The position numbers were made by a program, and so were the translations under genes. A stretch of 32,000 bases of DNA from Gammaproteobacteria bacterium (lineage in GTDB: Bacteria; Pseudomonadota; Gammaproteobacteria; G965277405). How positions within the stretch are numbered: the stretch's first letter is position 1; every line of letters starts with the position of its first letter. Location of the stretch: the NCBI GenBank assembly GCA_965277405.1, contig OZ255726.1:2052675-2084674 (forward strand), written 5' to 3'. A model generated the notes under the pieces. The model was not told where the DNA came from and did no database searches. It worked only from the letters and a program-made list of their open reading frames with translations. Of the stretch, positions 26,911 through 32,000 are shown in pieces.

Positions 26911-27117
26911 TTAGACCGCGAGAACATTTGTTGCACAAGGTCCTTTTTGACCTTGCCCTACTTCAAACTCAACAGCCTGCCCATCTGCCAGTGTTGCGTA
27001 TCCGCCGCCATTTTTGATTTCGGAATGATGGACAAATAAATCTTGTCCACCAGCTTCAGGAGTGATAAATCCAAAACCTTTGTTGGCATTAAACCATTTT
27101 ACGGTACCTTTACTCAT
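26911..27117 (-). CDS. CspA-family cold-shock protein
   Basis: [20 protein letters not shown] carries the RNP1 motif and DLFVHHSEI carries RNP2. Length is 68 aa. Confidence 0.95.
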   Translation of the reverse strand: MSKGTVKWFNANKGFGFITPEAGGQDLFVHHSEIKNGGGYATLADGQAVEFEVGQGQKGPCATNVLAV

Positions 27118-27331
27118 ATTATATACTCTTTAAAAATTGGTGAAACTGTTAGTCTTCTATACATGAATCCACCAGTCCATCATAGAAGTTGTAACGTGCT
27201 CATTTGGTCTGCAGTGCTAATACCAATACAATCTAATATTCTCATAAGCAGACCATGACAAATTACTCGTATACTGCATGATGCAGTTAGAATTTCTGAA
27301 TGCAACTGTTTTTGTTAATCTATTTAGCAGA

Positions 27332-28807
27332 TTAATTGGTGAGGATTCTTGCCACAGCTTGTTTCCAGCGTGCATACAGTGCATCAGCTTGCTGTGACGC
27401 TAGCTGCGGAACAAACTGTTGGTCACGTTGCCAATGTTGCGAAATTTCCCTCATTGTTGGGTAAATACCTATTTTCATACCAGCAATCCAAGCGACACCG
27501 AGCGCTGTTGTTTCTATGATTTTTGGACGATCTACAGTGATTTGGGTAATGTCGGCAAGCGTTTGCAGCAGCCAGTTATTTGCCACCATGGCGCCATCTA
27601 CACGCAAAGAAAATTCAGTGGTGGCGTTCCAATCTTTCCGCATTGCGTCAAGCAAGTCACGCGATTGAAACGCAATGGCTTGTAAAGCCGCGTGGGTGAT
27701 TTCTGCGATGCCGCTGTCACGTGTCAGTCCCAAAATCGCACCGCGCGCGTTGCTGTCCCAATATGGGGCTCCTAGCCCAGTAAACGCTGGCACAAATACC
27801 ACTGCAGATTGCTTAGCTTGCATTGCAAGCGCTTCGCTTTGGGATGCGTTTTCTAAGACTTTAATACCATCACGTAGCCATTGGATGACTGCGCCGGCAA
27901 CAAAAATTGAACCTTCAAGTGCGTAAGCAAACTCACCTTCGATATCGTAGGCGATCGTTGTTAGCATTCTGTTTGCAGATTGTAATGGGGTCTTACCAGT
28001 GTTCAAGAGCACAAAACATCCAGTACCATATGTGGATTTCACCATGCCTGGAACAAAACACGACTGGCCAATTGACGCGGCTTGCTGGTCGCCGGCTACA
28101 GCAATAATCGGTAGTTGCATGCCAAATTGTCGGGTTGTACCAAAATTTGCAGCACATGGGTGCACAGTCGGCAGCATAGAATGCGGGATGTTAAATAGTG
28201 CTAATAACTCATCATCCCATTCACGGCTATGAATATTGTAGAGCATCGTCCGCGCGGCATTGGTGCTATCTGTCGCATAGGTCTTGCCTGCTGTTAAGCG
28301 CCAAATGAGAAATGTATCGATTGTACCAAAGCGCAATGTGCCATGTGCAGCGGCTTGTCGTGCACCGTTGACGTTTTCTAAAATCCAATGGACTTTAGTA
28401 GCAGAAAAATAGGCATCTATCAATAATCCTGTTTTCTCACGCACCATTGGCTCGATGTTGTCGGCTTTGAGCCGCTCACACAGTTCAGCAGTCCGCCGAT
28501 CTTGCCAAACTATGGCGTTGTATATTGCTGTGCCCGTCGTCGCATCCCACACCACAACTGTTTCGCGTTGATTGGTGATGCCGATGGCCTTAACAGCAAG
28601 CGTCGTGTTGGCAATCGCCGTGGTGCATACATTCAAGACTGATTGCCAAATCTCTTCTGGGTCATGCTCCACCCAACCAGAATTTGGGAAGTATTGGCTG
28701 AACTCTTGTTGCTCAATGTTGGCTATCTCCATGTTGCTGTTGAAGATAATAGCTCGGCTTGAAGTGGTACCTTGATCGATTGCTAATATGCCAGGTTGAT
28801 TATTCAT
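27332..28807 (-). CDS. glpK: Glycerol kinase
   Basis: ILAIDQGTTSSRAIIF, GITNQRETVVVWDATTGTAIYNAIVWQDRRTA and FVPAFTGLGAPYWD are present. The probable start is ATG 28807 (MNNQPG). The track ORF begins at GTG 28873. Confidence 0.9.
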   Translation of the reverse strand: MNNQPGILAIDQGTTSSRAIIFNSNMEIANIEQQEFSQYFPNSGWVEHDPEEIWQSVLNVCTTAIANTTLAVKAIGITNQRETVVVWDATTGTAIYNAIVWQDRRTAELCERLKADNIEPMVREKTGLLIDAYFSATKVHWILENVNGARQAAAHGTLRFGTIDTFLIWRLTAGKTYATDSTNAARTMLYNIHSREWDDELLALFNIPHSMLPTVHPCAANFGTTRQFGMQLPIIAVAGDQQAASIGQSCFVPGMVKSTYGTGCFVLLNTGKTPLQSANRMLTTIAYDIEGEFAYALEGSIFVAGAVIQWLRDGIKVLENASQSEALAMQAKQSAVVFVPAFTGLGAPYWDSNARGAILGLTRDSGIAEITHAALQAIAFQSRDLLDAMRKDWNATTEFSLRVDGAMVANNWLLQTLADITQITVDRPKIIETTALGVAWIAGMKIGIYPTMREISQHWQRDQQFVPQLASQQADALYARWKQAVARILTN

Positions 28808-28927
28808 TCTGTATATTCCATTCATTGGCAGGTTTGACACAGTCCATGCGAACAGCAAACAGGCATACTGCACAGCTTGTGCTTGCGAACGAGATTGCGG
28901 CTATGCGGCTATAGTAGTTGCCATATT

Positions 28928-28965
28928 GTAGGGAACCTCTGCTTAAGTCCATGCTGGGCGAGACA
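28928..28965 (+). repeat. Solo terminal fragment (~38 bp) of the MITE-like repeat
   Basis: TGTAGGGAACCTCTGCTTAAGTCCATGCTGGGCGAGACA matches the MITE left end/TIR consensus CTTAGGGAAgCTaTGATTAAGTCCATGATGGGCGAGAC. Confidence 0.55.
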
Positions 28966-29256
28966 TACAAATAAGTTCTATCCTTTGATTAATAAAATAT
29001 TGAGCGCTGCAATATACTTGACAAAGACAGAGTTAGGATAATAATCGCCAGCAATTCTTATACGCATCGCGTTTTGGATATTGGCGTATGGTGTTAAGAT
29101 ATATCAGCCAAAACCGTTGCACACTGCGTTTTGCAGCGTTTATGCAAAGCATAAGTATACAGTAGTGTTGAAAACTCATTCTACTATTATCAATCTCGCA
29201 AGTTTCGCTGACGTTGACTTCAGCCACAATACCACTGCGACAACATAGGAAAAGCT

Positions 29257-30552
29257 ATGAGTAATCGCAAAGCACATCTGCACATTGATGGCAGAGATCC
29301 AATTGAGCTAAACATCATCTCTGGAACGCTTGGCCCTGATGTTATCGATGTCGCTCCTTTGCTTGCTGAAGGGTATTTTACCTATGACCCGGGCTTTATC
29401 GCCACCGCGTCGACCGATTCAAAGATTACTTTTATCGATGGTGACGAAGGGATATTGCTCCACCGTGGCTATCCAATCGAGCAACTGGCAAAGGAGTCTA
29501 ATTATATAGAACTGAGCTATTTGTTACTGAATGGCGAGTTACCAACAATTGAGGAATATAACTCGTTCAAACGGCGTATTAAAAATCATACGATGGTCAC
29601 AGAACGCATGGCCAAATTCATTAATGGTTTTAGAGCAGACTCGCATCCGATGGCGGTGATGTGCGGATTAGTTGGCGCATTGTCGTCTTTCTACCATGAA
29701 AATCTGGATATTTCTAACCCAGAACATCGGTGTCAAACAGCGATTCGCATTGTCTCAAAAATGCCAACACTGGCAGCAATGGCATATAAATATTCACAAG
29801 GATTGCCGTTTATTTATCCTGATAACAGTTTAGCTTTTGCAGAAAACTTTCTCCACATGATGTATGCAACGCCATGCGAAAAATATGTAGTTGACCCGCT
29901 GCATGCTCGGGTGATGGATGTGATTTTTATGCTCCATGCCGATCATGAGCAAAATGCTTCTACTTCAACTGTTCGTCTGGCTGGATCTACCAACGCCAAC
30001 CCATATGCCTGTGTGGCATCGGGAATTGCTGCTTTGTGGGGACCACTCCATGGCGGAGCGAACGAAGCGGTGATTTTAATGCTACAAGAAATCAACTCGG
30101 CAGATCGTATTGCTGGATTTGTCAATCGTGCCAAAGACCCAAATGATTCATTCCGCTTGATGGGGTTTGGACATCGTGTCTATAAGAATTTTGACCCGCG
30201 CGCCAATGTGCTGCGGGATTTTGCCAAAGAGATCATTGCCAACAGACCAGAAGACGAGTTGAGCAAAATGTTTGTGATTGCCGAAGAATTAGAAAAAATC
30301 GCCTTGGAAGACCCGTATTTTATTAAAAAACAATTGTATCCAAATGTTGATTTTTACTCAGGTATCGTGTTGAGCGCTTTAGGAATTCCAACAACCATGT
30401 TCACCGCAATTTTTGCAATTGCTCGGAGTATTGGCTGGATTTCTCATTGGCATGAGATGAGTAGCAGCCCAGGAAAAATAGGCAGACCCAGACAACTGTA
30501 TACAGGAGCAACGCGTCGCGATTACATTGCTGCAGAACTGCGCTCAGCCTAA
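29257..30552 (+). CDS. gltA: Citrate synthase (type II)
   Basis: The signature [14 protein letters not shown] is present, with [15 protein letters not shown] and a C-terminal RPRQLYTG. Length is 431 aa. Confidence 0.95.
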   Translation: MSNRKAHLHIDGRDPIELNIISGTLGPDVIDVAPLLAEGYFTYDPGFIATASTDSKITFIDGDEGILLHRGYPIEQLAKESNYIELSYLLLNGELPTIEEYNSFKRRIKNHTMVTERMAKFINGFRADSHPMAVMCGLVGALSSFYHENLDISNPEHRCQTAIRIVSKMPTLAAMAYKYSQGLPFIYPDNSLAFAENFLHMMYATPCEKYVVDPLHARVMDVIFMLHADHEQNASTSTVRLAGSTNANPYACVASGIAALWGPLHGGANEAVILMLQEINSADRIAGFVNRAKDPNDSFRLMGFGHRVYKNFDPRANVLRDFAKEIIANRPEDELSKMFVIAEELEKIALEDPYFIKKQLYPNVDFYSGIVLSALGIPTTMFTAIFAIARSIGWISHWHEMSSSPGKIGRPRQLYTGATRRDYIAAELRSA

Positions 30553-30851
30553 GGAAGCTCTGATTAAGTCCTTGATGGGCGAGACGGAGCAAAAACGCTG
30601 ATGATAACTAGACGCAGTGCGCAGATAATACTGGTGGTCTTGTGGGTATTGCCAAGTGCTGCAACGACGCAGCGCAGCGTTTTTTCCCGTCCTTCTATTG
30701 AATATATGATGGTTTGCCTACAAGCGGTACTTGCTGTGTTGCATCCCTTGGCGTATATGCTACGGCATGCGCTTAGCGGTTTGCGCCTTGCAATCATCAG
30801 CAATTGCCAACAAACTCTCTCTATCAGCGAGTTAATCAGAGGTTCCCTAAG
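30549..30851 (+). mobile_element. MITE-like repeat, complete reference copy (~303 bp) with both TIRs
   Basis: The left end is CTAAGGAAGCTCTGATTAAGTCC. The reverse complement of the right end is CTTAGGGAACCTCTGATTAACTC, giving a ~23-bp imperfect TIR. TA dinucleotides flank the GGGAA/AGGAA cores at both ends. No conserved ORF is present. Confidence 0.8.
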
Positions 30852-31708
30852 TGTCAAAACTACACACGTTGTTTACAAAAACCAACAATTCTAGCAGCTG
30901 GTGGTAGATTCCCTAAAGCGGAATGTGTGCGACTGAGGTTATAGTGATTAAGATATTTTGGAAGAGCTTTGTTGCGCTCATCACTTGTTTGCTATGGCTG
31001 CGAAAATGCCCATTCCTTGCTAAGCGTTTGTATCAACCTTTCTGCTTTTCCGTTGGTCTGCGGCCTGTATGGTTTGGTAAAAACGTGCTTGATTTGACAA
31101 GCATCAAGATATCGATTTACGAACTTTGATCGATATGCAGGTCCATTGTCTGTCATCAGCCGGTTCACCGCTATTCCCAAAGATGAAAAATGCTCCAATG
31201 CTCGGTGTATAAACCCCTGAGTCGTTTCCTTTTTCTCATCAGGAAGCACCTCCACAAACGCCCATCGACTATGGTCATCTATACAAACATGGGCGCACTC
31301 AATACCATGGCCTGTATTTGCTTTTGCAGGAGCACCAAATTTATGCCCAGTGGAGTAAAACGTTGCAGTTTGTTGATGTCCAGATGCAGCATGTCACCAG
31401 GGTGTTCATGCTCATAGCGATGCGCTTTTTCTCTTTTTAAGGTCTTTTTTGTAAGGCATAGCCGTCTCAAAATTTTGGTGACAGTGGAGTATGCCAATTG
31501 CAAATACTTGGCAATGCTCCGTGCATTCATTTGTGACTCTAAATAGAGTTTTTGGATGCGTTGAGCCAAGGTCTCAGCGAGCTTAGCTGGGGTTGAAATT
31601 GGCCTGCTGGAAAGATTGTACAGTGCAGATGTTCCACCTGATTTATAGCGTCTGAGCCACTTGTAAACAGTTAGTAGCGAATAGTATCGAAATGGCAAAA
31701 TAGTTGGC
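30852..31708 (-). pseudogene. IS481-family transposase pseudogene (5'-truncated, one frameshift, one in-frame TAG)
   Basis: YKWLRRYKSGG...SSRP, YEHEHPGDMLHLDINKL, then after a frameshift GHKF...HVCIDDHSRWAFVEVLPDEKKET, MTDNGPAYRS and TKPYRPQTNGKAERLIQTLSKEWA. An in-frame TAG lies at 30992-30994, then TSDERNKALPKYLNHYNLSRTHSALGNLPP, with the final stop at 30860-30862. The first ~40 codons of a typical family member are missing. Confidence 0.8.
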
Positions 31709-31756
31709 TACGCGATTCACAGGGTGATTGTCGACAAGCACCCTGTGAATCGCGTA
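31709..31756. repeat. 48-bp near-perfect palindrome
   Basis: TACGCGATTCACAGGGTG (31709-31726) and CACCCTGTGAATCGCGTA (31739-31756) are exact reverse complements. The 12-bp centre ATTGTCGACAAG is itself palindromic except for its outer pair. Confidence 0.9.
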
Positions 31757-31900
31757 ATTGTATGTAAACGCCTGAATCACACCTTGTTGCTCAAGCTCAT
31801 TCAGTTCGCGCTCATCCATAATCGTGAAGGCCATCTCAAGCTGTTGCAGCGAGCGTTTGAAATTATCGAATCTGTGTATCCAACGAATATCGGGTGACAT
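31757..31900 (-). pseudogene. Truncated HI0074-like nucleotidyltransferase substrate-binding (HEPN) protein, N-terminal ~48 codons
   Basis: DIRWIHRFDNFKRSLQQLEMAF...LNELEQQGVIQAFTYNY resembles the N-terminus of HEPN-type toxins of MNT-HEPN pairs. Similarity stops where the palindrome and IS481 remnant begin. The remainder of the 85-aa track ORF reads through those elements. Confidence 0.5.
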
Positions 31901-32000
31901 CAGAATCTCCGTTATGTAAATGCTGGACGTAGTTCCTTAAAACTAATTGTTGGGGTACGGGCTATTATTGCTGATTTTTTTTTGCAACATCAGCAAACCG

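Noticed and set aside
27332-28807. The FGGY kinase as the missing xylulokinase (xylB) of the xylose cluster
   Set aside because: Its motifs (GITNQRETVVVWD...YNAIVWQDRRT) are those of glycerol kinase. The gene is also on the opposite strand, beyond a csp gene.
31711-31721. TGTGAATCGCG as the authentic left terminal inverted repeat of the IS481-family element
   Set aside because: The transposase lacks its first ~40 codons and 5' leader. The opposite end (TGTCAAAACTACACACG, 30852) matches this sequence only at TGT. This is therefore more likely a rearrangement junction than a true terminus, and I kept it only as part of the palindrome observation.

Overview
This is a 32-kb chromosomal window with proteobacterial-style gene content. 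I cannot identify the organism from sequence alone. Housekeeping and catabolic operons are interleaved with mobile or defence DNA. (1) Positions 219-6126 hold a complete, compact type II-C CRISPR-Cas9 locus: a divergent minus-strand tracrRNA, cas9 (1044 aa), cas1, cas2 and a 20-repeat/19-spacer array. The array appears to be read from the minus strand. Inverted copies of a ~300-bp MITE-like repeat bracket the locus. (2) xdhA-xdhB-xdhC (xanthine dehydrogenase plus maturation factor) is followed by a BMP/nucleoside-type ABC importer. That importer operon is split by a 2.2-kb element with 30-bp terminal inverted repeats. The element carries a decayed IS1595-type transposase, a beta-class DNA methyltransferase and a PD-(D/E)xK nuclease, so it looks like an R-M cassette inside an IS shell. 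(3) Next come a NifS-like cysteine desulfurase with a coupled 59-codon ORF, a GNAT acetyltransferase, and a decay zone containing an IS5 remnant, a MITE fragment and a G9 tract. (4) These are followed by xylA-xylF-xylH-xylG, a cold-shock gene, glpK and gltA. (5) The right edge holds an IS481-family pseudogene abutting a MITE, a 48-bp near-perfect palindrome and a truncated HEPN (HI0074-like) toxin gene. The most interesting items are the IS1595-shelled methyltransferase/nuclease cassette, the MITE-bracketed Cas9 locus with its predicted tracrRNA, and re-acquired spacers that differ only at seed positions. All calls rest on motif recognition and by-eye alignment. No database search or computation was run.
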